Source: Eledone cirrhosa
Taxonomy: Eukaryota
Reading direction: 5' to 3'
Length of the DNA: 64,000 nt
NCBI GenBank assembly: GCA_964016885.1
Contig: OZ024741.1
Coordinates: 290,346,001-290,410,000 of the forward strand
In this document: positions 1 to 14,275 of the stretch, in pieces
Layout of the letters: each line of letters starts with the position of its first letter
How positions within the stretch are numbered: position 1 is the stretch's first letter
Position numbers and translations under genes: made by a program
Notes under the pieces: generated by a model
What the model was told of the DNA's origin: nothing
Seen by the model: only the letters and a program-made list of their open reading frames with translations
Database searches by the model: none

Positions 1-345
1 TCGGTCGGAGCATAAACGGCCACCAGTCTGAAGGCTCCACCTACCATACTGTTCACGTCTAGGACTACCAGTCTACCCTCCGGGTCCAAGTGTACTTGCT
101 GTACTCCGACGTCCAGGTTCTTCCTAAACATGACAGCCACTCCACCTCCACCTCCTGGCTGACAGAGAGATGCGTAGATCTCAAAGTCGTCGAAGATGGG
201 GGTTAATTGCTGCCTGTTGTGGATCCTGGACTCGGTGACGGCTATCACATCCATGCTGTGTGACCTAAGGTCGTAAAAGTTGGCCCTGTTTCCAGGGCAT
301 CCCTAGGCCACGCACATTCACGGTTCCAACTCGTAAACTAGCCAT
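1..345 (-). pseudogene. ORF2 N-terminus: apurinic-type endonuclease of a Tx1/L1 LINE, one frameshift near 275
   Basis: Manual translation from ATG at 345: MASLRVGTVNVRGLG...DLRSHSMDVIAVTESRI...GGGGGVAVMFRK...DPEGRLVVLDV...FRLVAVYAPT, the typical NVRGL, GVAV, D.EGR and VYAP motifs. Confidence 0.9.
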
Positions 346-386
346 GTTGGTGAAGAAAAGTTGGAGAAAAAGGACGAAAGGTGCAC

Positions 387-2253
387 TTACCTTTTTGTTT
401 CCTGGAGATCGGGTTGTTCAATCTCCATTTGGGTGCTGGATGGGGTGTTCGGTGGGGTGGGGAAACATTTTAACAGGACGCGGTTGATGGGTTTGTGGCA
501 GGGGTTGCCCACGTCCTGTGAAAATTTATTTTTTAGGTCATTATAGGTTTCCATAGAAACCCTTATAAGTTTAAGGTGTGGAGACGATTCTGCCTTGACG
601 AAAGTTTTGCCCTCCGTCTCCACCTTGGGGTTTTGGGAGATGACCTCCATCAAACTCTTATTGTTTGTGTTGATGTATGCGTATTGTTGTTTGATTTTTT
701 GTTGTGTTGTTCGTCCGGGAGTTTTCTTTTTATGGTGGGTGCTTGTGTTTTGGGTGGTGTTGGTGCTGGTTTTGCTGATAGGGCGATGTTTAACTGTGGT
801 GTTGTTTGTGTTGTTGTTTGTGTCTGTGGTTGTGTGTTGGTGTTGGTGATTGGAGTTTTGGGGATTTTGTGGTGTCTCTTTTTTTGTTTTTTAGATTTCC
901 GCGGTTCTCCCGCTTCATCACTTAAAGAAGGAGAAGCAGCTTCATCCGTCGATGAATAATCATCGTCAGGTGTGTGGGGTAAGGGTATGTTGTGTGGTGG
1001 TGGTGTTTCGGTGTGTGTGTTTGTGGTAGTGTTTGATGGAGTGGGATGGAGTGGGGCTGTGTTCTTTAGGGGTGTTGTCTCTGTTTTTTCTGTTGTTGTT
1101 GGTTGAGTGTCTGTTTGTTTTGGTGTGGTTGCTCGTTTCGTCTGTCGTTGTACTTGTGGTGGTGGTTGTTTTGGTGTTGGTGTTGGTAATAGCGTTTTTT
1201 GTTGTTGTTGTGTGTTTGTGGACAAGAGGCTTTTAGGTGTTCTGTGCTACCACAGCGAAAGCAGTGAAATTTTCGTCCTTCTACCGAAATATTTATTTTG
1301 TTGTTATTATCGATAACGACTCTTTCGTGTATTTTGGAGATTCTCTTCGGTTTCATTTGCAACAGAATCTCCAAATCTGTTCCCGCCCACCTTTGTCGAA
1401 TAGATTTTCGTATCGAAAGTATCATATCAGCTCTACGAAGCCAGCCAAGATCCACCAGATGTTAATGTTTGGAGGTATGTTTTTTATTTTTATTTGTTGT
1501 GTCCTTTTTCCCATGTATGTAGGGAAAAAGGTGTATGCTTTTGACACCATTGGTGTCACAGAGTTTTTTGGGGCGAGCGCCTCGCTTTTAAACAGTACGG
1601 AAACACTTCCGTACTGTTTTCCTCGCTGGAGAAAATCGACATTTGCTAGAATTTCCTTGAAAGTATCTTCTATATCTGCTTGGTTAACAAATGTCGGCTT
1701 TCTTGTGGAATTTGACACAGTCCTAAAAGTGACTGATCTGCGGATTGTGTCTTCCTTTATTTCAAGGGGTGAGTTAATTCTAAACCCACCTCTTTCTTCG
1801 AAAGTTACAAATTTTCTCCCTTGCTGGAGCATATCTCTTGCGTTGGAGATATCAAGATTTATAAAATCTTGTTTTTTGTTCACTGTTTCAGCGAAAGACA
1901 TTTTCTTTTTTTGTGTGGTGTTGCTGTTGTTGTTGTTGTTATCGTTGTTGGAAATCTCAGTTCCTTGTAGAGGTGAAACATTATGTGTATATGTATCTGT
2001 AGAGTTGTTGATTTCTTTTTCATGTGTATGTATGTTAATGGGTTTAATTCCTGTTTTCCTGTGTGTTATTGTTATTTTTCTCCGCTTCGATGGTAGAAAT
2101 TTTAAAATGTTCAAGTGTTAATATATTTTTATCTTTGTTGACACTTGTATCTATGGCGACGTCCATAGTAGCAGAAGCAGATATAACGTTAATATCTGCC
2201 TCTTTCTCTCTCTTTTCTCTATTAACGTTCTCCAGCGTTCTTGTGTTGCTCAA
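387..2253 (-). pseudogene. ORF1 (gag-like nucleic-acid-binding protein) of the Tx1 LINE, broken by frameshifts
   Basis: Overlapping minus ORFs 2044-2253, 1422-2114, 1066-1455, 650-1225 and 387-653; zinc knuckle CFRCGSTEHLKASC (CX2CX4HX4C) then a P/T/K-rich tail ending about 40 nt before the ORF2 ATG. Confidence 0.8.
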
Positions 2254-2468
2254 GTTATTTAGTTTGTAAAATCTGATATTTTAAAACAAATCTTTAAAAT
2301 AAAAGTTTCGCCCCTACAGGGGCGAAAAATGGGATTATACCCCAGCTGACAATTCAGCTTGGGGGTTAATCTACAAAGTGTTATGTTTTTTCAAACAATT
2401 AGTTCGGTTTTTTGCATAGAAATTAACAAAAAAGCTTACCGGCGATGTTCCACACGTCAGACAGAAAG

Positions 2469-2500
<32 letters not shown>

Positions 2501-2501
<1 letters not shown>

Positions 2502-2652
2502 CATTTCTTTATTTACCATAAAGGCATAAAAAGAAGGGACAAATACAAAGGGGGAGTTTACATATAATCGAGTAAAAAGGGTGTAACGTGAAAATAATCG
2601 AAAATAACCTCAAAAGGGAGGGGACGTGATGGGGGTTGCACACACCCCCGAA

Positions 2653-2655
<3 letters not shown>
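2501..2655 (-). mobile_element. 3'UTR fragment of the Tx1 family, inside (GATA)n
   Basis: Reverse complement aligns with 33483-33651 (TTTTCGGGGGT...ATGTAAACT.CCCCTTTGTATTTGTCCC...AATAAAGAAA); GATA repeats on both sides. Confidence 0.8.
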
Positions 2656-2718
<63 letters not shown>

Positions 2719-2899
2719 GTGTTTATTGATTGAGTGATAGATATTGTGAGATTGATAGATGGTTATATAATAGAATGGTGTCCAGATCAGAGAACGAAAC
2801 ATCCTCCTGGTAATTATCAGGAGGATGTTTATAATCAGTAGTGTATTTTCCCTATAAGTATATATTTTATTGAATGCATTTCTAACATCTTGTAAAACG

Positions 2900-3055
2900 C
2901 CGTAAATTGGCAGAGTCGTTAGAACGTTGGATTAAATGTTTCGAGATATTTGTTCCGGCTCTCTACTCTCTGAGTTCGAACCCAGCTTAGGTCAGCTTTG
3001 CCTGTCATCCTTTCGAGGTCGATAAAAATGTACTAGTCTAGTACTGGGGCCGATT
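2900..3055 (+). mobile_element. Diverged tRNA-type SINE
   Basis: A-box-like TGGCAGAGTCGT, B-box GAGTTCGAACC and the family core GCCTGTCATCCTTTCGAGGTCGATAAAA. Confidence 0.7.
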
Positions 3056-3234
3056 CTTCCCGTATATATCTTTCTTATTTCCTCTTTGTTACTTTCTATC
3101 CTTCTCTGGAAGAAATCTGCTGTCCTCAGGCCTAGAGAGGGATGGGCTCCACGAAGGCTAAACATGCTCAAGAAAAGCTACATATTACTACGGCGCCCCT
3201 ACAACTCCATCAGGAGTTACGGGATAGAAGAAGA

Positions 3235-3270
<36 letters not shown>

Positions 3271-3926
3271 CATGTAAAGGGAAAATGTACATATTTTAAA
3301 ATGTAAACCTAATAGCAATGTGTTACACATGCCTTGAATACCATCGGTCATTCCTCTACTTCAGAAGCCGATCTATTACGCATTGTAGATTGTCTTTCTT
3401 TATCAATTCAAGTCCGTTGTTCCTTTGTTTGTAGCTGTAATATGGATATATTTCTATTGGAGAAAAACACTCGTAAATATTGTGTTGTGTTATTGTCTCA
3501 TGTGCGGTTTTCCAATCTGTTGCACAAACTGACATTAAAATGCGATCTCTACATCGTGTGCTAAATTTCACACCAGCAGGTGGCTTACGAGGTAGATATA
3601 CGGTTGGATCTTCCTCTTACTGTGCACACACAGACACACACACACATATCTATACATATATATATGCTTAAATATAGACATATATATGTGTCTATGCGTA
3701 TGTGTATATGCATATATATATGTTTGCATGTGTGTGTTTTGTACGTATATACACATAAAAATATACAAGCAATTATATAAACATATATACATACACTCAT
3801 ACACATACATACAAACACTAAATTATAAACACATTCGTTCCCATGCTCAAAAATATAAATATATTTTGTTATTTTTGTCACTAACAGGCAAATGCACATA
3901 CACATATATTTATTAATCTATCTCTT

Positions 3927-4543
<617 letters not shown>

Positions 4544-4573
4544 AACATATATATAATACATTACTATTCTCAT

Positions 4574-4629
<56 letters not shown>

Positions 4630-4654
4630 ATATGTATATATGGGTTAATATGTG

Positions 4655-4689
<35 letters not shown>

Positions 4690-5051
4690 GGAAAGCTCTG
4701 ATATAACACCTGCAACTCTGATGGTATCCAATGATGTTGACTTGTTCTTCTTTTTGGTAAATATGATATTGGCTAAGAGAGTGGGACTGGCTTTGTGCAG
4801 TGCCTTTGCTCACTATAAAAGCTTCACGGCACAGGCATTGCTTTATATCTGCAGATCTCTCTGCACTTGTCGTGACATGGTACCATGGGCCCAGCACTAT
4901 GTGTCAATAATTGTCACAAGTGTAGTGTTTGTACCCGAGTTTTCAAGTCGCTGGCTGGACTGAAAAGTCACACTCGTTTAGCGCATCAGTAGGGGTTCTC
5001 CTACATGGATATAAAGTAGTGGCCGTACTCGAAAACGAGTTGGCAGCCACC

Positions 5052-5052
<1 letters not shown>
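4690..5052 (+). mobile_element. 3' end of an RTE-type LINE
   Basis: C-terminal C2H2 finger CSVCTRVFKSLAGLKSHTRLAH* (about 4921-4992), 3' hairpin GTGGC..CTCG-AAAA-CGAG..GCCAC, then an (AT)n tail. Confidence 0.6.
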
Positions 5053-5103
<51 letters not shown>

Positions 5104-5409
5104 ATTTATATATATATGTGTGTGTATATATGCAATCGGTTACTTATGTACCCACAAGTATGTATCTGAATGAATACTAAATTATATTAATTCCCTCATA
5201 TTTCTCTTTCCCACCCTCCTCCATTCGTATACGACATTTACATTTAGGGAACACTCAACTGTAAATTTATCACGCCCTTTCTTATTCATCGTTCGTCTCG
5301 TTCCACTCTATACCATCTAAATACTTTTTCATCCTTTATCAACAATCAGCCTCTCCACTTTCCAATGTCTCAAGACACAGATGGGATATGTACGTGCTGT
5401 GAGCTTCCC

Positions 5410-5452
<43 letters not shown>

Positions 5453-5610
5453 AACTATCTATTTATCTCTCTTTCTCTCTCCTCTCCTCTCTCTCTTCTC
5501 CTCTCTCTCACACATACACTCACACGGTAAATAACACTTGTAATATATATATTTGCACATCTATATATATATACAGATATATATAGATATATTTTCACAT
5601 ATATATATAT

Positions 5611-5647
<37 letters not shown>

Positions 5648-5655
5648 CATATATA

Positions 5656-5737
<82 letters not shown>

Positions 5738-5791
5738 CATATATATAGAGAGAGAGAGGAGAGAGAGAGAAATACATTTATATACACACAC

Positions 5792-5909
<118 letters not shown>

Positions 5910-6217
5910 TTGAGTGGGTGCATGTATATAGGATAGATATAAAAAATAAATAAATATTATATACATATGTAAACACAGGGATGTTTATACAAACACAACG
6001 TGGGTCTCCAGTGTCCCATTTGCGGCGAAGTTCGCGTCTTTAAAGTTTCTGAAAGCTGGATAATAAATAATATATAAACAATTATAGGAACAAGAAGAAT
6101 TAGATAACGCATCTAACAAATATATTTTGGCTTATGAAGTTTCGATTTAAATTTTAAATGGTAGGAATAAAATAAAGATGGAAAATAGGAAAGAAATACA
6201 TCCCAAATATAATATAC

Positions 6218-6252
<35 letters not shown>

Positions 6253-6280
6253 TATATATATGTATATATACATTATATAT

Positions 6281-7664
6281 ATCGTATGGTTGATTGTAGA
6301 CTTGTTCTATATGTGACGGTATTTTAACGATAGTTATAGCTCTGATTCATCTGAATTATTGAGCCCTCTGCCGCTCATATCGAATTTCGTTTATCGTGAA
6401 CTCGTGCGCCGATTTTTCGATACTCGATCTTTCTAATATATTTAGCTCTGGACATAGCTATCCACCTGTTAATTTTTTGCTCATTTTTTGTCGATTCTAT
6501 TGAGTGATGAATAGCTTTTGTTTTATTTTAACATGTCTATTGAGCACTCTAATTCGATATGTGTATTTCCACATTCACTCGAATTGTTTTCGCGGATATA
6601 GGGGTCATCTCCCTTGTCTAATGCCATGTGCGTTTTTCACCGCTAGTTGACTCCTCTGCCGCCAGGAAAAAACTCGTTGACAACGTAAACTCCGTTCCAC
6701 TTATTCTAGTAGGCTTTTATATTTAGATGTGAGCTGATAGAGTACAGTCTAAGGATTTACAGAAACCCATGAAGCTAGATTTAACACCTTTCTAGTGGGT
6801 CCGGGTATGATTTTACATTCATTTAAATTATTGACGTATTGTTTTATTGATATTTTTTATCTGTTTGGCCCGAATCTTCCTTTATCGATTTTAAATCGTA
6901 TGGTTGATTGTAGACTTGTTCTATATGTGACGGTATTTTAACGATAGTTATAGCTCTGATTCATCTGAATTATTGAGCCCTCTGCCGCTCATATCGAATT
7001 TCGTTTATCGTGAACTCGTGCGCCGATTTTTCGATACTCGATCTTTCTAATATATTTAGCTCTGGACATAGCTATCCACCTGTTAATTTTTTTGCTCATT
7101 TTTTGTCGATTCTATTGAGTGATGAATAGCTTTTGTTTTATTTTAACATGTCTATTGAGCACTCTAATTCGATATGTGTATTTCCACATTCACTCGAATT
7201 GTTTTCGCGGATATAGGGGTCATCTCCCTTGTCTAATGCCATGTGCGTTTTTCACCGCTAGTTGACTCCTCTGCCGCCAGGAAAAAACTCGTTGACAACG
7301 TAAACTCCGTTCCACTTATTCTAGTAGGCTTTTATATTTATATGTGAGCTGATAGAGTACAGTCTAAGGATTTACAGAAACCCATGAAGCTAGATTTAAC
7401 ACCTTTCTAGTGGGTCCGGGTATGATTTTACATTCATTTAAATTATTGACGTATTGTTTTATTGATATTTTTTATCTGTTTGGCCCGAATCTTCCTTTAT
7501 CGATTTTAAATCGTATGGTTGATTGTAGACTTGTTCTATATGTGACGGTATTTTAACGATAGTTATAGCTCTGATTCATCTGAATTATTGAGCCCTCTGC
7601 CGCTCATATCGAATTTCGTTTATCGTGAACTCGTGCGCCGATTTTTCGATACTCGATCTTTCTA

Positions 7665-7668
<4 letters not shown>
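6281..7668. repeat. Near-perfect tandem repeat, 614-615 bp unit, about 2.25 copies, in (TA)n
   Basis: ATCGTATGGTTGATTGTAGAC starts at 6281, 6895 and 7510; I see only one extra T and one G/T substitution between the two full units. Confidence 0.95.
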
Positions 7669-7696
<28 letters not shown>

Positions 7697-7712
7697 ATAT
7701 ATATATACATAC

Positions 7713-7755
<43 letters not shown>

Positions 7756-7826
7756 TATATAAATATATATATGTGTGTGTGTGTGTGTATGCGTGAGAAG
7801 GTTGAACAAAATTGAGGAGAGATAGG

Positions 7827-7914
<88 letters not shown>

Positions 7915-8051
7915 GGGCAAAGGAAGAATGAAGATATATTGCTCTAATCTGTATTTGTTGGCTGCTTTTGAAAAGGTTTTTAACTCATGTTGTGAAATAT
8001 AAAGTTATTAAAAAATAATAAAATACACTCACATTTAATTGCGTGTATGCT

Positions 8052-8165
<114 letters not shown>

Positions 8166-8399
8166 CGTTTTCAGCTGCATATAGACAGATTTAATGACAA
8201 CTATTAAGAACCACTGTTAGCCAAAAAATATATATAAAGAAGGAAAAACAAGTTACAACATCAACAGCTGTAACAGTAACAACATCGACAACAATAGCAA
8301 CAGCAACCATACTATTAGCACTAGTAGCTATTTCTTTTGAAATTTTATTCTCTTTGCATACAATCATATTTACCGGAAAAAAAAATAATGATAATATTT

Positions 8400-8875
8400 A
8401 AATGAAACAAAAATGAAAGGGAAAGAAGAAAAACGAAAAAATGAAAGAACGGGGTGGTAAAGGTGGGATAGACTCAAGAAACCAGTCTGAGTGGTGAGTC
8501 GGCCGTGCTCCGCAGAGAGAATGGTGAAGGTATTGCCACGGAGAATGGCTCGTGAGTCCCGCTGTAACAGCCATCTCACCTCACGCGGCACCTTCGTCAG
8601 GCGGAACACTCTCTATCCAATTTTGCGGAGGAAATCGGCAGTGCAGGGACCGAGTACTGAAGAGAACTCAACGGCAGCCGGTACGAAGTGGAAGCGATCG
8701 GTCAATCCTCAGCATTTGTTTATCTTTCTCTTCTCTGCATTGCAAGCGGAAGTGCCTGGATTTGAGGCCGAAGCAACAAGGTTGGAGGCAGAGAACGAAT
8801 CACAATATGTCACGTCTGAAATTAGGGATTTACTTCACTCGAATAGGATGAGGATTATTCCGTCGGGAGATTTAG
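8400..8875 (-). mobile_element. 3' end of a CRE-clade non-LTR retrotransposon (restriction-like endonuclease domain), decayed
   Basis: Minus translation SPDGIILILFE*SKSLISDVTYCDSFSAS...AEKRKINKC*GLTDRFHFVPAAVEFSSVLG...FLRKIG*R...LLQRDSRAILRGNTFTIL fits the PDG, DVT, AE..K..K, F.P.A.E and QR...RGN pattern of CRE elements; three stops. Confidence 0.8.
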
Positions 8876-9089
8876 ATTCTAGTTAGCTAAAGCAGCGACT
8901 TGTTAATATATTTTAGCTTTCGCGTGAGAACATTTTTAAAGCCACCTTTGAAAATTGTCTTCTTACAAAGTCTTTTACACTTCGGTGAAATTTTGTTAGT
9001 TTTAAGACTAGTACTCACGCTCAAATACCACCCCCCATATATATATATTGGTGTATATATATATCCATGTGTGGGGGCATGTGTGTATA

Positions 9090-9240
9090 GAGCCTGTTTA
9101 AAATTAGTTAGACTGAACAGAGTACTCAATACCTGGGGTAGTATAATATGGTTATAATAAACAGTCAGAACCCAACGGCTGAGTTCCGGAACTAACTTTT
9201 AAAACGACAGGAGCTCAGCCGTCGGGTCCCGATTCTTTAT
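9090..9240. mobile_element. Diverged family-B-related fold-back element
   Basis: GAGTACTCAATACCTGGGGTAGTA tail plus the inverted pair ACGGCTGAGTTCC / GGAGCTCAGCCGT. Confidence 0.6.
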
Positions 9241-9273
9241 AGCACATACACGCACACACACATACACACACAC

Positions 9274-9311
<38 letters not shown>

Positions 9312-9414
9312 CACACACATATATATACATATGCGTTTGCGTGTGTTTATATGCATGGGATTGTGTGTGTGTGTACATACTTCGTTTTTGTATATGTTTT
9401 GCAAGATTTTTTTA

Positions 9415-9675
9415 TCTGAAAATGTGTGTTGGAGCATATATTGTTATACTTTGGGAAGACCATGTTGCCAATAAGAATCACATGAACCTGTTGACTTTCA
9501 ATTTAATTTATTAATACAGTCTGTTAGTTTAATAACCAGATGGTTGTTTATTTGTTGGTTCTCATCAAAGCTCTTTCGTCACACATTCTGTGACCTCCCA
9601 GTGACTACTTTTGTTGTTATTTTGCGTCTCTCCTTTGTTCTGTCCTACACCATCTTGTTTCTGTGACGCATGGCG
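9415..9675. repeat. Dispersed repeat, second copy at 58455-58715
   Basis: Shared blocks ATATTGTTATACTTTGGGA..CATG.TGCCAATAAGAA and CAAAGCTCTTTCGTCA.ACATTCTGTGACCTCC.CAGTGACTA. Confidence 0.75.
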
Positions 9676-11605
9676 TGGACATATACAAAATTTAAGTCAA
9701 TTCTTAATTGACGAATGGGTTCCATTAGGCTTATGTGGAGGAAACAAACACAAATAAGTGAGGCACAGTGAAGAATATGTTGATAGCAACTGCCATACCT
9801 AGACAGTGACAACTACACCGAGAGGAAAGAACATAACATACATCCATGAACGTATCCTTACATATGCAACATTTATTAATAGCAAGCTAATGAACGAATA
9901 TTCACAAGATTGCTGCTTGATGTGCAAGAAAGAGCAGCCAAGCCTCCTTCAAATAACTTTCGGCAGACTCTCATAATAGTCTGATACAAATTTGATAATT
10001 TAGTCCCATATACCAACATACATCAATAAATATGGGATGGTCATAACTGGACTCACTTTGATTATATTTCTGCTCGACTAACGTTAACCCGTGGCAAAAC
10101 AACAACGATGACAATTGATATTTTTAACGATTCTAGTCACATACTGATTCAATTTTATCACATAGGGTTTCTATTGAATACAGTACATGAACAACGCTGC
10201 TGTTTTCAAGTAGTACATTTTTTCTTTTTTTGTTTGTTGTTTGTTTTTTCCCCACTCATACAATTATTAGCTTGTCATAAAATAATTGCGGCTTATATTA
10301 TTTTAAAATGTGATGCTTATTTTGGAAAAGAATTTTTATTTAACTATGTTCACACAATATACCATTTTGAAGTGCGAATCTGGAGCTATTGATTTATGCT
10401 AATGGTTTTGCTCTCACTGTTTATTCCTGTGGCTTTTGTGTGTGTGTGTGTGGGCGTGTGTGTGTGTGTGTGTGTGTGATTGTGTATCTGTGTGTGTGTG
10501 TTTGTGTGTTTTTATGTGCATGTGTGTGTCTGTGTGTATATGTGTGTGTCTGTGTGTAAAACGGTAAATTGAATGTCGTAAACCGATAAGTTACTAATTT
10601 ATTAAAATTTCTTTAGTGAACAACGAAAACTTAGCGAAGATTGTACGTTAATCTGAACCAAAAGTTTATTTCACAAAAAAAAAATAATAATAGTTATAAT
10701 ACAAGCCTTCCTAGGCTGAAGGACGTTGGAGGCTTTTGGGGCTTAAGCCCTTCCAATAATGTGGAAACTTGTTGAATGATCTTACAATTGTGTTAGTTAA
10801 ACTATTTTGCCAGTGATGATTTATTTCAATATACTTATGCTTTGGTTTTTATTACAGTGATTTTCTATTGACAAATATGCTTTAATTATTTTCTAAGTCT
10901 CGTATTAGTAATAAAAAAAGCGTGAGCTAATTATAATTTCTCATGTACAGAACAATAATTAAGCCCCTACAATCCACAAACTGTAACGGGAGCCCTCTAA
11001 ATAGTAATAATAAATGAATTCACAATGAATTAATGTGTTAGTGGAAAATGAATATTTTTTTATTTGTATTCAAAGCCAAGGAATCATTATGATTCGGCGT
11101 TCTTTCTCCGATGGGCGTCATCAGTAACACATTGTCCTTCTCCCAGTGAACAAATATAAACATGTTGAAATATACTAAAAGAGTTAAGAACCTTTTTAAC
11201 TAAGGTATGTGCATGATTAAAACGAAAAACTAGTCAACGATGTATGTGCTATGAATAGGGATAACAAAGACGATGGGAATTGTTTGGATGTAAGAGACAA
11301 TAATTTCTTGATATAGTGGGTCGTGAAGTATGACATTTGTATTGAGGCATATGGTTATATGTTTTTTATTCTATAAATTTCATACTTCATGACCCAATAT
11401 TAAAAACCGTCTTCGATGAGAAGTAAACAAGGACATAGTGGTGAGAGTTTACGACATTTAACAAGAAGGTGAAATAATTTGAAGTTACGAACTCATTATA
11501 ACGGAATTGACCTGTGAAGAGAAAAAAACACTAGTATCAGATTTTATCGATTAATCGATCGATCTACCTCTATCTATACCTCTCTCATTCTCTCTCTCTC
11601 TCTCG

Positions 11606-11732
<127 letters not shown>

Positions 11733-11867
11733 TAATAATAACTTTGAAGACTAAAATCCAAAGAGGGCTCGATAAGGATAAATATATATCAAATATATAA
11801 GAACCGTAGATCCAGATAAGGGTGAAAGCAGCGATTCTTTGCTTAAACTTTAATCTCTTATTTTAAT

Positions 11868-11902
<35 letters not shown>

Positions 11903-11905
<3 letters not shown>

Positions 11906-12044
11906 TTTATAGAAGGAGCTTCTACAGGACTAGTACTGTTTCATTCAGATGAAATCTTCAGGAAGCTCTATAAAAAAATGTTACTCTGCCATGTATTGAG
12001 AACCTTACTTACTGTGGTTATCCCCGACTCAACCCGGGACCTAC

Positions 12045-12045
<1 letters not shown>
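11903..12045. mobile_element. Family-A short HHR element in (TA)n
   Basis: Homologous to 26895-27070, 44698-44838 and 44853-44902; contains a complete HHR and the tail GTATTGAGAACCTTACTTACTGTGGTTATCCCCGA. Confidence 0.8.
11916..11968 (-). ncRNA. Type I hammerhead ribozyme (family A)
   Basis: Minus strand GAGCTTC-CTGAAGA-TTTCATCTGAAT-GAAA-CAGTACTAGTCCTG-TA-GAAGCTC: 7-bp stem I, intact core, near-palindromic stem III, GUA triplet. Confidence 0.88.
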
Positions 12046-12099
<54 letters not shown>

Positions 12100-12144
12100 C
12101 GTATGTATATATATCCATTTATCTATCTATATATCTATCTATCT

Positions 12145-12463
12145 GACGAAAATGGCCCGAGTGAAAGGGCCTTTACAGTATATAAATCTGTAGGTTGAGG
12201 AAGACAAAAAGAGGAAAGACGGGAACACTTACAAAACGTGCTCCTGGTGTTGAGGGTTGTTCTATCTACGGGCTGTATAACAACCCCGCAGTAACGACCC
12301 CCCCCCCCCCTCCTATTGGGGATTTCTATTGTTATTTTATTTTAATATATAGTTTGCTGCAATTTATTAATGTTAAAGTTTATACACTGTTTATGTTAAA
12401 ACCCCGTCATCATGTCTTGTAATGTCCCATTTTTTGTACAGCCTTATAGCAAATAAAGAAAGA
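12145..12463 (+). mobile_element. 5'-truncated Tx1 copy (ORF2 C-terminus plus 3'UTR) in (TATC)n
   Basis: TKMARVKGPLQYINL* matches ARMARVNGPSLYISL* at 33365-33412; ends AAATAAAGAAA then TATC repeats; TATC also on the 5' side. Confidence 0.85.
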
Positions 12464-12466
12464 TAT

Positions 12467-12498
<32 letters not shown>

Positions 12499-12640
12499 TT
12501 ATTTATATATATATGCTTACATATTGACGTGCCAATCTTTCCATCTCCCTTTCTCTCTCATCTCTTGTTCAACATTTAAATTTATGTGAGTATGCGTGGA
12601 TGTATATCTGTGTATGTGTCACTAGATTTCCATCCCTTAC

Positions 12641-12694
<54 letters not shown>

Positions 12695-13026
12695 TTCTCC
12701 CTCTGCCTTTCTCTCTCTCTCTCTCCACACACACACACACACACACAAACAAACACACACACACATACACACACATATATATATATATATATATATGCAT
12801 ACATAGATATACATATGTATATCATCTGTCACCAAAAGTGAAAAGAGAACATAAAACCGCTGGCTGTAGCTCAAGACACAGAGAAACAAATATCTCATCA
12901 AAGCAATGACCAACATTAAGGCTATTTCGTCCGTCTGATCTTCCGGTTAAGTTAAGCGAAACTCTCATAAACGAATTCAATAATTCTTGACCATGCACTG
13001 AACCATGGATGACAATATGTATAGAT

Positions 13027-13076
<50 letters not shown>

Positions 13077-13077
13077 G

Positions 13078-13121
<44 letters not shown>

Positions 13122-13285
13122 AATATTAATGCGACAGTTAGATAGACAAACAGACGACATTATAGGACATGAACTGAATGAAACCATTTTAAATATATGC
13201 ATATAGCTTTATATCTTTCTATGTATATGTATCTACACGTATATTAATTATGCATACACGATTATTTAAACATATTGACACACAC

Positions 13286-13395
<110 letters not shown>

Positions 13396-13717
13396 AACAT
13401 ACATAAATATACATAAATATACATAGATATACATATATGTGTATGTATATGTATATATGTATGGATGTATGGATGTATATTTTAATATTAAAATACTAGT
13501 AATATAAAGGATACCAAAAGTGACCAATTCATCTTAAAACAGTGTCCGGAAGTAATTAATAAAGGGACACAACAGTGTCATAATGTTTTTACGAGCCACT
13601 GTCGCCAGTTGAATACAGAATGTTTAAGTCGTATTCACCCCCATGAATAGCATTCGTTAAATATACATAATTGTCCATGCATATACCAACAAATATACAG
13701 CATACAGACAAATATAT

Positions 13718-13805
<88 letters not shown>

Positions 13806-13814
13806 CTGTGTGTA

Positions 13815-13888
<74 letters not shown>

Positions 13889-13982
13889 GATATATATATA
13901 TACATAACGTATGTGTATATATCTATATATGTATATATATATATATGTATATGTATATATATATACATATATATATATACAC

Positions 13983-14013
<31 letters not shown>

Positions 14014-14109
14014 CACATACGCTATGTATATATATATATATATATATATACATACATTATGTACATATATACATACATATACATATATATACATACGTTA
14101 TGCACATAT

Positions 14110-14175
<66 letters not shown>

Positions 14176-14202
14176 TATATGTATGTATATATGTACATAA
14201 CG

Positions 14203-14275
<73 letters not shown>

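Larger units (their letters stand above)
1..2462 (-). mobile_element. Tx1/L1-clade non-LTR retrotransposon, 5' half (5'UTR, disrupted ORF1, start of ORF2); runs off the left edge
   Basis: ORF1 fragments with a CCHC knuckle followed by an APE endonuclease N-terminus; the 5' end abuts (GATA)n starting near 2469. Confidence 0.92.

Noticed and set aside
1237-2121. 294-aa plus-strand ORF
   Set aside because: Antisense shadow of the Tx1 ORF1.
2796-2831. Hairpin GAAACATCCTCCTG...CAGGAGGATGTTT as a hammerhead stem III
   Set aside because: No CUGANGA or stem I upstream; only an isolated hairpin.
6560-6640. Minus-strand HGIRQG..PLYP resembling the RT motif QG.PLSP in the 614-bp unit
   Set aside because: In-frame stop and no other RT motifs nearby; probably chance.
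8491-8886. 131-aa plus-strand ORF as a host gene
   Set aside because: Antisense to a recognisable CRE endonuclease domain.
11075-11135. CTGATGA on the minus strand followed by the GAATCATAATGATTC palindrome
   Set aside because: Stem II does not pair and GAAA is not correctly placed.
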